Origin: an archaeon
Lineage (GTDB): Archaea; Nanobdellota; Nanobdellia; Woesearchaeales; UBA9642
Reading direction: 5' to 3'
Assembly: GCA_043806035.1 (NCBI GenBank)
Contig: JAZDHK010000041.1
Span: forward strand, 1 to 43,515
DNA: 43,515 bases
How positions within the stretch are numbered: position 1 is the first letter of the stretch; each line of letters begins with the position of its first letter. Shown piece by piece: positions 33,515 to 43,358 of the stretch. Below the pieces are notes generated by a model. It did no database searches. It was not told the origin of the DNA and worked only from the letters and a program-made list of their open reading frames with translations. A program made the position numbers and the translations under genes.

Positions 33515-35757
33515 TCATTCCACGCGAAGAATATTCTTTTGGTATCCATACTGCCGACATCTTCCTTGACCTGATTGCTGATCTTGTGGAAGGCATCATT
33601 CGCCTGTATCACAAATTCTGCCTCGAGCAGCTCGGGATTGTTCAGCCGCTTGCTCGTACTCAGCAGTTCTTCCTTCGTCTTCGCACGAAGGAGGATGTTC
33701 TGCCACACGGCATCCCAGTTGCCCGCCCATTCCTTGACATTGCCCGCTATGCTCTTGATGATCTCAGAATCGCCGTTGATGAGTGCATCAGTCGGTTCGA
33801 GGCTGTCTTTCTTCGCATCATACTTCATCAAGTCAACAAAGCCACCTTCTGCCAACGGATTATCTTCCCATTTCTTGCGTACTTCCGTAATCTGCGTCAC
33901 ACGCCTCCAGCGGTGCAGGCCATCTGCGCTCTTCACAGGATTAGCCACGATGATAATGTCCGTTGCCTTGAAACTCGTCTTGGGTACCTCAAGATCATTC
34001 ACCACCCTATCATACACGCCGTACGGCGAGTCACCGTGAATAGTGCCTGCAACGACATTCGCCAATGCGCCCACACGCATGGCCTCGTACAACGCTTTTG
34101 CTTCCGTGCTTCGCACTTCGCCGATGATCAGGCAGCTGTCTCCCAGTCGCAGCGTCGTCCGGATGCCCACGTCGGCAGGCACTTCGCTCGTGCCCTTGCT
34201 CAATGCTCCCGCTACTTTCATCTGCTGAATGTTATAGCCCAGCTTTTGCAATGCCTCGCTCGGCAATTCCAACGTGTCTTCAATGGTGAGAATCCTGTAC
34301 TTGCGCATAATCTCCACCATGACGCTGCCCAGCAATGACGACTTGCCTGCGCTTCTCGTCCCTGCAATGAGCAACGTCCTGCTGCCATCGACGAGGAAAC
34401 TGATGAGGCCCGCACCGAGCGGCGTAAGCATGTTCTGCTTGATGAACAATGGCAGCGTCCACGGCTTGTTCCTGTGCCTCCTGAACGCGTACGCAATACC
34501 TGTCGGATTGAGGGGATCGGAGATGACGCCCACTCTTGCGTTCGCAACGCCAGGAATGACGACTTCCGTGTCCAATATGGGATTTGCCTCGTCTAATGGT
34601 CTGCCGGAAATGAGTCTAAGCTTGCTCGCCCAACTCTCCGCATCCTTCGTCGTCGAAAAAATGTTCGTCCGGCAATCATCATAATCGGCATGGACGATGA
34701 AGATAGGGCTGCTGCCAGAAGGGCTATTGATGGTGATGTCCTGCACCTTCTCGTCAGCCAACAGAACCTCAATCAACCCGAAGCCCACCGTGTACCTGAT
34801 GAGAATGTCTGTGAGTTCTTCCAATTCGCGCTCGCTGAGCTGCACCTTCTTGTAGTCGGCAAGCTCCTCGAGCAAATCCCTGCCCACATTGCTGAAGACT
34901 TCCCGCATGCGCTTGGGATCGATGAACTCCTGCTTGTCCGGCTTGTGCTCTGACAGGATCTTCCTTGCCGTGTCGAGGATCTCATATTTTTCCTCGCTCA
35001 GCTTGAACTCAGGAGGCATGATGTGATAGAGCAGCTGTACACTGTCCGGCAGCTTGAAGATAACGACCTCAGTGGATCCTATCATGTAATTATCAATTTC
35101 CTCTCCTTTCTTGGGATACTGGGCCATGAGTCGAGTAAACATGAAATCTGGCTTGATGCTCGGCGTGAAAATATTCCTGTACACATCCCTGTCCCCCAGC
35201 TTATGCCCTGCAAGATACGGGGCCGCGAGCTGGATGATCTTCGTCTTCTCCAGCAACTGCGTGGTGTAGTCCAGCATGCTCATGTACTTGTGGATGAAAC
35301 CAGCATAGTCCTGGTCTACCGTGCGTTCCATCTCTATCTTTTCACGACGGAGAATCCTGCGCAGTTCCACATAGCAGTCGAGCGGACTGCGCTTCAGCAC
35401 CACGTATAGCAGGTTCTGCAATTCTGTATACCTTTGCGCAGCCAACGTCGCAAATCGTGCACTGGCAATGTTCTGGTAGCTGAAAATCTGCTTCTGCTTC
35501 AGCAGCGTGTTGAGCAGGCGAGCGATCTCGATGAGCAATGATGTCTGCGCATAATCGTACTCGTACTCGCGCTTCTGCGTGAAGATGATACGGGTAACGC
35601 TGAGATTCTGTGCAAGATACTCCACCGTCCTGCTCATCAGCTCAGGGCTATCCTCGAGGCTCGGCGCAGAAGGGTATTTCTCGCAATCGACGAGCAGCGT
35701 GCTGTCTTCCCCCTCACGTACAATCTCATATGATGTATCCCTGGAAAACAAGCCCAT
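33490..35757 (-). CDS. Type II/IV secretion ATPase (CpaF/VirB11/ArlI family)
   Basis: Walker A AGTRSAGKS, Asp box TIEDTLEL, Walker B LIIGEVR and His box GTIHG. Confidence 0.9.
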   Translation of the reverse strand: MGLFSRDTSYEIVREGEDSTLLVDCEKYPSAPSLEDSPELMSRTVEYLAQNLSVTRIIFTQKREYEYDYAQTSLLIEIARLLNTLLKQKQIFSYQNIASARFATLAAQRYTELQNLLYVVLKRSPLDCYVELRRILRREKIEMERTVDQDYAGFIHKYMSMLDYTTQLLEKTKIIQLAAPYLAGHKLGDRDVYRNIFTPSIKPDFMFTRLMAQYPKKGEEIDNYMIGSTEVVIFKLPDSVQLLYHIMPPEFKLSEEKYEILDTARKILSEHKPDKQEFIDPKRMREVFSNVGRDLLEELADYKKVQLSERELEELTDILIRYTVGFGLIEVLLADEKVQDITINSPSGSSPIFIVHADYDDCRTNIFSTTKDAESWASKLRLISGRPLDEANPILDTEVVIPGVANARVGVISDPLNPTGIAYAFRRHRNKPWTLPLFIKQNMLTPLGAGLISFLVDGSRTLLIAGTRSAGKSSLLGSVMVEIMRKYRILTIEDTLELPSEALQKLGYNIQQMKVAGALSKGTSEVPADVGIRTTLRLGDSCLIIGEVRSTEAKALYEAMRVGALANVVAGTIHGDSPYGVYDRVVNDLEVPKTSFKATDIIIVANPVKSADGLHRWRRVTQITEVRKKWEDNPLAEGGFVDLMKYDAKKDSLEPTDALINGDSEIIKSIAGNVKEWAGNWDAVWQNILLRAKTKEELLSTSKRLNNPELLEAEFVIQANDAFHKISNQVKEDVGSMDTKRIFFAWNEWLKKNAK

Positions 35758-35844
35758 ATCCTACACCCTCTTTTGGTGAAATCTCGTGGGCGGCGTATTT
35801 AAATTTTTGCAAACGTTTATAAACAAAAAGTCCTCACGCACTGC

Positions 35845-36198
35845 ATGGGTGGGAAGGTGATGCACAAGCGGCAGCATACACGACGAACAGCAGTATCCCT
35901 CACTGCAGATCATGAAAAACGCCTGCATGCGGCAAAGCACGGGCATGCGCACGTTCCTCGGGAGCATCATCTGCCGCTTGGCAGATACGTCTCATTTATC
36001 CTGTTGTTCGGTGCAGTACTCGTCGTATTTCTTCTCCTGATTCTTCCCGTGGCCATTTCTCCTGCTGATCAGTTCGGCTGCGAAGTGAGTCAAACCTGCA
36101 ACACGTACTGCAAGCAACTCGGTCTCAGCACGGGCAATTGTAAAGTCGTCGATGAGCGAGACCAGTACGACTGGCTCGTCTGCGCCTGTGTGACGTGA
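35845..36198 (+). CDS. Membrane-anchored protein with C-terminal CSab (defensin-like) six-Cys domain
   Basis: His/Arg-rich N-terminus, one TM helix, then FGC-x5-C-x3-C-x7-GNC-x13-CAC. TTTATAAA about 22 nt upstream. Confidence 0.6.
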   Translation: MGGKVMHKRQHTRRTAVSLTADHEKRLHAAKHGHAHVPREHHLPLGRYVSFILLFGAVLVVFLLLILPVAISPADQFGCEVSQTCNTYCKQLGLSTGNCKVVDERDQYDWLVCACVT

Positions 36199-36584
36199 TG
36201 CGCGTGGCCGATGATCCTTTTGTAGCAATCATTGCCAGCGTCAATGAACTAGACCGTAGGCTGAAAGGGCTCGAGAACAAGTACTTCGGGCTGCGCAAAC
36301 GAACAGAGGCGACCGAAGAGAACATGGTCGAGCTGGAGAAGACGATGTACAAGGACGTGCGCAGCGTCAACGATGACGTCCTGGACATCAAGACGCAGCT
36401 CCAGGAGCTCAAGGAGAAGATCGAGCTCTTCACCGCAGAATTCAAGACCGTCGCCAACAAGTACGACCTCAAAGAAACAGAGGCATACCTGCACTTGTGG
36501 CAACCGATCGATTTCGTGAGAAAGGACGAGCTCAGGGCCGCGCTCAACCAATTGCGCATGCGCCTCGAATCAAAACAGAGCTGA
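36198..36584 (+). CDS. Coiled-coil hypothetical protein
   Basis: Heptad-rich with C-terminal YLHLWQPIDFV; translationally coupled to the upstream gene. Confidence 0.7.
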   Translation: MRVADDPFVAIIASVNELDRRLKGLENKYFGLRKRTEATEENMVELEKTMYKDVRSVNDDVLDIKTQLQELKEKIELFTAEFKTVANKYDLKETEAYLHLWQPIDFVRKDELRAALNQLRMRLESKQS

Positions 36585-36589
36585 ACACT

Positions 36590-36886
36590 ATGGCAACCAT
36601 AACCCGATACGTGGCAATGGACAAGAAAAACAATCTCTACTACCTCTCGCACCATCACGGCTGGTTCACACACAACCGATGGACAGTAGGCGTGCATGAA
36701 GTTTCTTCAACGATCATAGGCGTAGGGCACGATATGCCCAATAAAGATATCAAGGTGCTGCATGAGAGCACGTTCAATGGATTCCATCTCTTCATCAAAA
36801 AGAAGGGCGAACCGCACAAGATAACCCACGACATCATCATCTCGCTCTGGAAGCTGCACAAGTGGACGCTGCACAAACTCTACTGA
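36590..36886 (+). CDS. Hypothetical His-rich protein
   Basis: ATG 5 nt after the upstream stop; operon-like position. Confidence 0.55.
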   Translation: MATITRYVAMDKKNNLYYLSHHHGWFTHNRWTVGVHEVSSTIIGVGHDMPNKDIKVLHESTFNGFHLFIKKKGEPHKITHDIIISLWKLHKWTLHKLY

Positions 36887-36926
36887 TGAGGAAACCATAT
36901 TAAGCAATTGTTGCAGGAGTAACTCT

Positions 36927-37772
36927 ATGGAAAGAGGACAGGATGTCGCATTCCACCTCAAGAAAGTAGAGCAGTCCGTACGCACATTCTCCACGTTGTG
37001 GAATCAACGCATAGACCTTCTCACCGACTATTTTCGCAAGAAGAAAGGATTCCATTTTCTCATTTTTAACAAGCTTCCCGCAGTGCAGGGCCGGCTCGAC
37101 CAGGCATACAACATCATGGCGGTGCGCCTCAAGCTCATCAACCACAGAGAGACCACTGTTTTTGGCCTCATCATGAGGGGAATGACTGAAACGCTGGACA
37201 CGCTCAAGGCAGCGCAAAACGATCTCATCCGCTTGGAAGCTGGTGCCCATGGACCTGTTCGGTGTTCTGAGGCCCTGCGCGACCAGGTAACGGCAATCGT
37301 TTCCCTCATAGAGCATTATCAGCATGTCAATGCACAGCACAAGAAATTCCTTGATGCGGAAAAAACCCTCCTGGACAATCCCGATGATGCAGGTTGGAAG
37401 GACTATTTCGAACGCTTGCGGCATCTCTCCTATGAATTTTCTGAGATGATCCGTATGAGCGCGCAGCTTATAGAAAAAAAAGAAGAAGTGCAGGCATTGC
37501 AGCAGGACATCCAAAAACTCTATGAGGTTTCAACTCGTGCGCATCCGAACGAGCACTTGCTCCCCAGCTTCGTCTCCTCCTTTTTCAGGGTGGTCCTCGC
37601 ACTAGGCATGTCCCAGATCATGGCGGATAAGAACGCTCCCCATTATTTCACGCAGCTCATGGTGTTTTCCATCCTTTTCTCATCATTGCTCAATTTTGTC
37701 GACTACTATTTTGGCGTCTTCCCCAAGATAACCAAAAAAACAGTAGCCCTCCTTAAGTTAGCCACGGGATAA
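36927..37772 (+). CDS. Hypothetical helical protein with two C-terminal TM segments
   Basis: 281 aa, AGGAG SD, hydrophobic C-terminus. Confidence 0.65.
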   Translation: MERGQDVAFHLKKVEQSVRTFSTLWNQRIDLLTDYFRKKKGFHFLIFNKLPAVQGRLDQAYNIMAVRLKLINHRETTVFGLIMRGMTETLDTLKAAQNDLIRLEAGAHGPVRCSEALRDQVTAIVSLIEHYQHVNAQHKKFLDAEKTLLDNPDDAGWKDYFERLRHLSYEFSEMIRMSAQLIEKKEEVQALQQDIQKLYEVSTRAHPNEHLLPSFVSSFFRVVLALGMSQIMADKNAPHYFTQLMVFSILFSSLLNFVDYYFGVFPKITKKTVALLKLATG

Positions 37773-37867
37773 TAGCCGTTCCGTTTGCCTCAACACCACT
37801 CTCCATCGCCCAATAATAACAAAAATTTATAAATCGTCTTCTCGCACAGTGCACGGAGAGGTGGGGT

Positions 37868-40288
37868 ATGGATAAGAGCAAAGAGTTCATTCTCTGGTTT
37901 GACCAATTAGGCATAGACGACATTCCTTTCGTCGGCGGCAAGAACGCCAGCCTAGGCGAGATGTACAGAAATCTGAGCGGCAAGGGTGTGCGCGTGCCCA
38001 ATGGCTTCGCCATTACTGCATTTGCCTACAGATACTTCCTCGACAAGGCAGGACTGGCACAGAAGATACGTGATGAACTGCAGACACTCGATGCCAACGA
38101 CCTGCACCTGCTCGAGCAGAAAGGCCATGTCGTGCGGCAACTCCTCCTCAACGCAACCTTCCCTCACGAACTGCAAACCGTCATCCTCGAGGCGTACAGG
38201 AACCTATGCGGTGCCTACAGCAAAGAACGGCACGACGTCGATGTCGCTGTGCGCAGCTCAGCAACGGCAGAAGACCTTCCTGACGCGAGCTTTGCAGGAC
38301 AGCAGGAAACGTATCTTAACATCAAAGGCGACTACCAGATCCTTGATGCGGTCAAGCGATGCTTTGCCAGCCTCTTCACCAACAGGGCCATCAGCTACCG
38401 GCAGAACAAGGGCTTCGATCACTTCTCCATTGCCTTAAGTTGTGGCGTCCAGAAAATGGTGCGTTCTGACAAGGCATGCAGCGGCGTCATGTTCACGCTC
38501 GACACCGAATCGGGATTCGGCGACGTCGTGCTCATCACGGCAGCATACGGCCTCGGCGAGAACGTCGTGCAAGGCGCCGTCAACCCTGACGAATATTACG
38601 TGTTCAAGCCGACGCTCAAGAAAGGGTTCAAGGCAATCATCAGCAAGCAGATAGGCACGAAAGAGCAGAAAATGGTCTACACGCACGGCGGGCCAAAGCC
38701 AACGAAGAACGTCAAGGTCGCCTTCGAGGACAGGAAGAAATTCTCTCTGGCTGATGACGAAGTGCTCCAGCTCGCAACGTGGGGCTGCATCATCGAAGAC
38801 CATTACAGCCAGAATGCGGGCAAGTGGAAACCCATGGACATCGAATGGGCGAAAGACGGCGAGAGCAACGAGCTCTTCATCGTCCAGGCACGGCCAGAAA
38901 CCGTGCAGAGCAGGAAGAACAGGAACGTCTACGAGAATTACGAGCTCAAGCAGCGCGGAACAGTCATTGCAGAAGGCAAGAGCGTAGGAAACAAGATAGG
39001 CCAGGGCCCTGCACACATTATCAAGGACGTCCACGAAATCGAGCAGTTCAAGAAAGGAGAAGTTTTAGTTACGGAAATGACCGATCCTGATTGGGAGCCC
39101 ATCATGAAGATAGCCTCTGCCATCGTCACGAACAAGGGAGGCAGAACCTGCCACGCAGCCATTGTCTCCCGAGAACTCGGCATACCCTGCGTCGTCGGCA
39201 CCATCACGGGAACGGGACACATTAAGGACAAGCAGGACATCACCGTTAGTTGTGCGGAAGGGGATATCGGCTACGTCTATGATGGGAAGCTTCCGTTCGA
39301 GATAAAACAAACAAACCTCGACCACATCCCCAAGACAAAAACAAAAATCATGATGAACGTTGGCAATCCCGAGGAAGCGTTCAACTTCAGCTTCATCCCC
39401 TGCGAGGGAGTTGGGCTTGCCAGAGAGGAGTTCATTATCAACTCCTACATAAAAATCCATCCTAAAGCACTCATGCACTTTGACACGCTCAAGGACCCGC
39501 ACGTGAAACACATAATCAACATACTCACGCACGGCTACGCGAACAAGGCAGACTACTTTGTTGACAAGCTCGCCTACGGCGTCGCACTCATCGGCGCAGC
39601 ATTCTACCCCAAAGATGTCATCGTGCGCATGTCAGACTTCAAGAGCAATGAGTACGCGAACCTTATCGGCGGCAGAGAGTTCGAGCCCGTCGAGGACAAT
39701 CCCATGATCGGCTGGCGAGGCGCCTCCCGCTACTACAGCGACTACAAGGACGCCTTCGCATTGGAATGCAAGGCCATGAAGAAAGTCAGGGATGAACTGG
39801 GATTGACAAATGTCAAGCTCATGGTGCCCTTCTGCAGGACGCTGGACGAGGCGAGGAAGGTCATCGCGGAAATGGAACATGCAGGACTGAAGCAAGGCCA
39901 GAACGGCCTGCAGATCGTGTGCATGTGCGAAATCCCCAGCAACGTTATCCTCGCCGACGAATTCCTCAGCCTCTACGACGGATTCTCCATCGGCAGCAAT
40001 GACTTAACACAGCTCACGCTAGGATTGGACAGGGACTCTGCACTCGTCGCAGACATCTACGACGAACGAAACCCCGCCGTACAGAAACTCATCAAGCAAG
40101 TCATCGACGTCGCCAACAGGCGAGGCAAGTACATCGGCATTTGCGGGCAAGGACCATCAGACCATGAGGACTTCGCGCAGTTTTTAGTTGAGTGCGGCAT
40201 CACATCCATAAGCCTGAACCCGGACACGGTCATCAAGACAACACTGAAGATCGCGGAGAAGGAGAAGGCGCTCGGTATTGCACCATAA
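37868..40288 (+). CDS. ppsA: Phosphoenolpyruvate synthase (pyruvate,water dikinase)
   Basis: VGGKNASLGEM, RSSATAEDLPDASFAGQQETYLN, GGRTCHAAI, EDNPMIGWRGASRY, SIGSNDLTQL and GICGQGPSD; full three-domain enzyme. Confidence 0.97.
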   Translation: MDKSKEFILWFDQLGIDDIPFVGGKNASLGEMYRNLSGKGVRVPNGFAITAFAYRYFLDKAGLAQKIRDELQTLDANDLHLLEQKGHVVRQLLLNATFPHELQTVILEAYRNLCGAYSKERHDVDVAVRSSATAEDLPDASFAGQQETYLNIKGDYQILDAVKRCFASLFTNRAISYRQNKGFDHFSIALSCGVQKMVRSDKACSGVMFTLDTESGFGDVVLITAAYGLGENVVQGAVNPDEYYVFKPTLKKGFKAIISKQIGTKEQKMVYTHGGPKPTKNVKVAFEDRKKFSLADDEVLQLATWGCIIEDHYSQNAGKWKPMDIEWAKDGESNELFIVQARPETVQSRKNRNVYENYELKQRGTVIAEGKSVGNKIGQGPAHIIKDVHEIEQFKKGEVLVTEMTDPDWEPIMKIASAIVTNKGGRTCHAAIVSRELGIPCVVGTITGTGHIKDKQDITVSCAEGDIGYVYDGKLPFEIKQTNLDHIPKTKTKIMMNVGNPEEAFNFSFIPCEGVGLAREEFIINSYIKIHPKALMHFDTLKDPHVKHIINILTHGYANKADYFVDKLAYGVALIGAAFYPKDVIVRMSDFKSNEYANLIGGREFEPVEDNPMIGWRGASRYYSDYKDAFALECKAMKKVRDELGLTNVKLMVPFCRTLDEARKVIAEMEHAGLKQGQNGLQIVCMCEIPSNVILADEFLSLYDGFSIGSNDLTQLTLGLDRDSALVADIYDERNPAVQKLIKQVIDVANRRGKYIGICGQGPSDHEDFAQFLVECGITSISLNPDTVIKTTLKIAEKEKALGIAP

Positions 40289-40289
40289 T

Positions 40290-40709
40290 TTATTTTTTCT
40301 TCTTTACGGATTTCTTTTTTGTAGTTGCCTTCCTGACCTTTTTTTTCTTCTCAATTTTTTGCTCTTCCTTCTTCTCTTCAGGAGGCGCTTCCAACGCCTT
40401 GGGATTCTGCTTGTTAAGAATATCCCTTAAGTCCTCGAGATTTCGTTTTATTGCGCGGTAGTAGGAGTCGTTCTTGATCTTGCCCGATGATGCGAGCACG
40501 ACCATCTCATACACGTCCTGCATGAGCGCCCAGTCATACTTTTCGATCAAGGTGAAGCAGCGCATAAGCTCGTCACGAGAGAGTTTCTGCTGCTCGTGCA
40601 AGCCAAAGAGCTGCAATAGTTCCTCAACGACCAGCATGTTGAACTTCGTCTTGTGCAGCTCAAGCTCCTTGAAGGTGTCTGCCGTCTGAATGACTTTTGA
40701 AACGTCCAT
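40290..40709 (-). CDS. Hypothetical protein with Lys-rich tail
   Basis: 139-aa ORF filling the gap, convergent with ppsA. Confidence 0.6.
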   Translation of the reverse strand: MDVSKVIQTADTFKELELHKTKFNMLVVEELLQLFGLHEQQKLSRDELMRCFTLIEKYDWALMQDVYEMVVLASSGKIKNDSYYRAIKRNLEDLRDILNKQNPKALEAPPEEKKEEQKIEKKKKVRKATTKKKSVKKKK

Positions 40710-40847
40710 GAACGTTACGTACAGAAGTGGCTTTTTATAGCTATTGCTTTTTTCGCAACAATCATTTGTTATTCATAAGTTAGATAAGGAAACAATCCCT
40801 GTCGAGTGACCGAAACGCCTTTATACTCATTTGCATTCTCCTTTTCC

Positions 40848-41396
40848 ATGACGAACTATCTGATCGGCATTGCAGGCAGAAGCTGCTCAGGAAAGACAGA
40901 GATAATCAAGGCATGCATGCGTGTTTATCCTGAAGCAATGCATATCAATCAGGATTTGTTCTTCAAACAAGAGGCAGACCATTGGGAGCGGCCAGAAAGT
41001 GTCCGCTTCGACCTTCTGGAACATGTCCTCGTTGACGTAAAGCAAGGACGTACAGCATTGCTGCCCAGCACGGGCTGGACGGAAATCTGTGATAGGCTCG
41101 TAACTCCAGCACCGCTCGTGTTCGTCGAAGGATTCCTGCTCTACACGCAACCACGCATCACTGCCCTTTTCGAAAAGAAAATTTACTTGAACGTTTCGAA
41201 TAAAAACCTTCTCCAACGGCGTCTGCAGAGGAACGGAGAACGCGAGCACGGCTACATTCAACGTAAGGTCATTCCAGATTCTCTCCTGTATGAACGCATG
41301 CAACGACAAGCGGCAGACGTTGTCATCGATGCCAATCGCAATCTTTCTGTGGTGACGCAGTACGTTCTCGGCTATCTGGACGGAATACTGCGCTAG
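40848..41396 (+). CDS. Uridine kinase-family P-loop kinase
   Basis: IGIAGRSCSGKT, QDLFFK, WERPES, VFVEGFL, RRLQRN and ADVVI. Confidence 0.8.
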   Translation: MTNYLIGIAGRSCSGKTEIIKACMRVYPEAMHINQDLFFKQEADHWERPESVRFDLLEHVLVDVKQGRTALLPSTGWTEICDRLVTPAPLVFVEGFLLYTQPRITALFEKKIYLNVSNKNLLQRRLQRNGEREHGYIQRKVIPDSLLYERMQRQAADVVIDANRNLSVVTQYVLGYLDGILR

Positions 41397-41433
41397 CACA
41401 AAGTATATAAACTCCTTTTCGAAGAAGTATGTC

Positions 41434-41625
41434 GTGGCAAAAAAGAGCGAGCTTAGCGATCAGCTATCTTTGGCACAAGTCAAGGAACTATTGCTCATAA
41501 CCCAGTACAAGCTCGCATTTACTCGGGCGCAGCTCGAGGCTGTCTGTGACGTGCTCGTCAAGCACAAGCTCACGACGCAAGAAGAATTGTGGAAGAAGAC
41601 AAACGAACACTTCAAGAACATCTGA
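41434..41625 (+). CDS. Small hypothetical protein
   Basis: 63 aa with GTG start and a tatataa box upstream; C-terminal LVKHKLTTQEEL. Confidence 0.55.
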   Translation: MAKKSELSDQLSLAQVKELLLITQYKLAFTRAQLEAVCDVLVKHKLTTQEELWKKTNEHFKNI

Positions 41626-41651
41626 AATTTTTTTTGTAAGGGGTGAGTGGC

Positions 41652-42641
41652 ATGAGAGTTGCTATCAACGGTTTCGGCAGAATAGGAAGGATGGTTCTGC
41701 GCGCAGGCATTTATGACAAGAACATAGACTTCGTCGCCATCAATGACCTGGGCGATACACACATGCTTTCCCATCTGCTCCATTATGATTCTGCGCACGG
41801 CCCGTTCGAGGGCGCTGTCGAAACAGTCACTGATGGACTCATCATCAACGGCAAGCATATCAGGACGTTTTCTGAGAAAGACGTCACCAAGCTCCCGTGG
41901 GGTGAGTTGCATGTCGACGTCGTGGTAGAAGCGACAGGCATATTCCTCGACAAGACCAGCTGCCAGAAGCACATCGATGCAGGCGCCAAAAAAGTACTCA
42001 TTACTGCCCCTGCCAAGGATCCTGACTTTTTCTTCGTAAAAGGAGTCAACGAACACCTGTACGACAGAGCAAAGCACCACATCGTCACGAACGAATCATG
42101 CACGACAAACTGCTTCGCGCCCATGGCGAAAGTCATCAACGACAATTATGGCATCATCAACGGTTTCATGCTGACCGTGCATGCCTATACTGCAGACCAG
42201 AACCTCGTCGACGGCCCTCACCGGAAAGGGGATTTGCGGAGGGCGAGGGCTGCAGGGCTGAACATCGTCCCGACGTCGAGCGGGGCAGCAAAGGCTCTCG
42301 GTAGGGTCATTCCTGAACTCAACGGGAAAGTGCACGCGGAAGCGTTCAGAGTGCCTATTTCCTGTGGCTCCGTTACCTACTTCACGTGCAAAATAAAAAA
42401 GCAAACCACTGCTGCTGACGTGAATACGTTGTTCAGGAACGTGGCAAACTTCCACCTCAAAGGCATCCTACAGTATTCGGAAGAAGACCTCGTCGTGCAG
42501 GACATCGTCGGCAGGCCATACTCTTGCATCTTCGACAGCAAACTCACCGAAGTCAACGGGGATCTCCTCAAGGTCGTCGGCTGGTACGACAACGAGTGGG
42601 GCTACTCCTGCAGGGTCGTGGACGTCATCAAACTGCTCTAA
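41652..42641 (+). CDS. gap: Type I (bacterial-type) glyceraldehyde-3-phosphate dehydrogenase
   Basis: VAINGFGRIGR, SCTTNC, TVHAYTADQ and WYDNEWGYS. Confidence 0.97.
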   Translation: MRVAINGFGRIGRMVLRAGIYDKNIDFVAINDLGDTHMLSHLLHYDSAHGPFEGAVETVTDGLIINGKHIRTFSEKDVTKLPWGELHVDVVVEATGIFLDKTSCQKHIDAGAKKVLITAPAKDPDFFFVKGVNEHLYDRAKHHIVTNESCTTNCFAPMAKVINDNYGIINGFMLTVHAYTADQNLVDGPHRKGDLRRARAAGLNIVPTSSGAAKALGRVIPELNGKVHAEAFRVPISCGSVTYFTCKIKKQTTAADVNTLFRNVANFHLKGILQYSEEDLVVQDIVGRPYSCIFDSKLTEVNGDLLKVVGWYDNEWGYSCRVVDVIKLL

Positions 42642-42765
42642 GGTATTGCTGGTATAAGATTAATGACGTGGGCGTTCTTTCGTTGCACGGTGCATTTTGC
42701 TTTCAAAAGTACATTCAAATTCAGATGTAGAAAGAATTAAAAACTAAGAAAGATGTTCATCCGTT

Positions 42766-43245
42766 ATGAGTCCGTACAAGCTGTCAAAAAACATTTATCG
42801 ACTGCCATTTACTGGAGCGGTTGATGTTCGGCCTGCCCCGTATCATTTTGAAAAGATTTGGCAAAGGAATGCTGTTGATTTTGCTTTGGCTGTTGGCAAG
42901 CCTATTTTTGCTGTAAAAGATGGTCGCGTATTCGAAGTTGTTGACGGGCGCGGAATAGGCAAACCAAATAAGAAATGCGCAAATCTGGCCAATCTAGTAA
43001 TAATCGAACACCAAGGGGATGAATATTCGGAATATGTGCATTTAAGGAAGGGAATTCTCGTTAAGGAAGGTCAACAAGTAAACTCAGGTCAAATCATTGG
43101 TTATTCGGGGGTATCAGGATATACGACGTATCCTCATTTGCACTTTGGAACATTAGTTATAGATTCTGCTGGCGATTGGATGACCATTCCGACACGATTT
43201 AGAATGAACGGAAGAGTGAAAGTGTTAATTTCTCCTAAGGACTAA
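42766..43245 (+). CDS. M23 family metallopeptidase (catalytic domain only)
   Basis: AVDFA...G.PIFAVKDGRV, YVHL, GQIIGYSGVSG and PHLHF. Confidence 0.85.
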   Translation: MSPYKLSKNIYRLPFTGAVDVRPAPYHFEKIWQRNAVDFALAVGKPIFAVKDGRVFEVVDGRGIGKPNKKCANLANLVIIEHQGDEYSEYVHLRKGILVKEGQQVNSGQIIGYSGVSGYTTYPHLHFGTLVIDSAGDWMTIPTRFRMNGRVKVLISPKD

Positions 43246-43358
43246 AGTATTACTTCAGTCAAAATGAGGAATCATAATTGGTGCAACAACATAGTGATTT
43301 TTTTCTTCTTGTATTTTTTCACAAAACTATTTAAACAATCGCTGTCTGTCTCTCGTGT

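Noticed and set aside
40793-40812. aatccctgtcgagtgacc as another tRNA 3' fragment
   Set aside because: No GTTC T-loop and no plausible acceptor strand.
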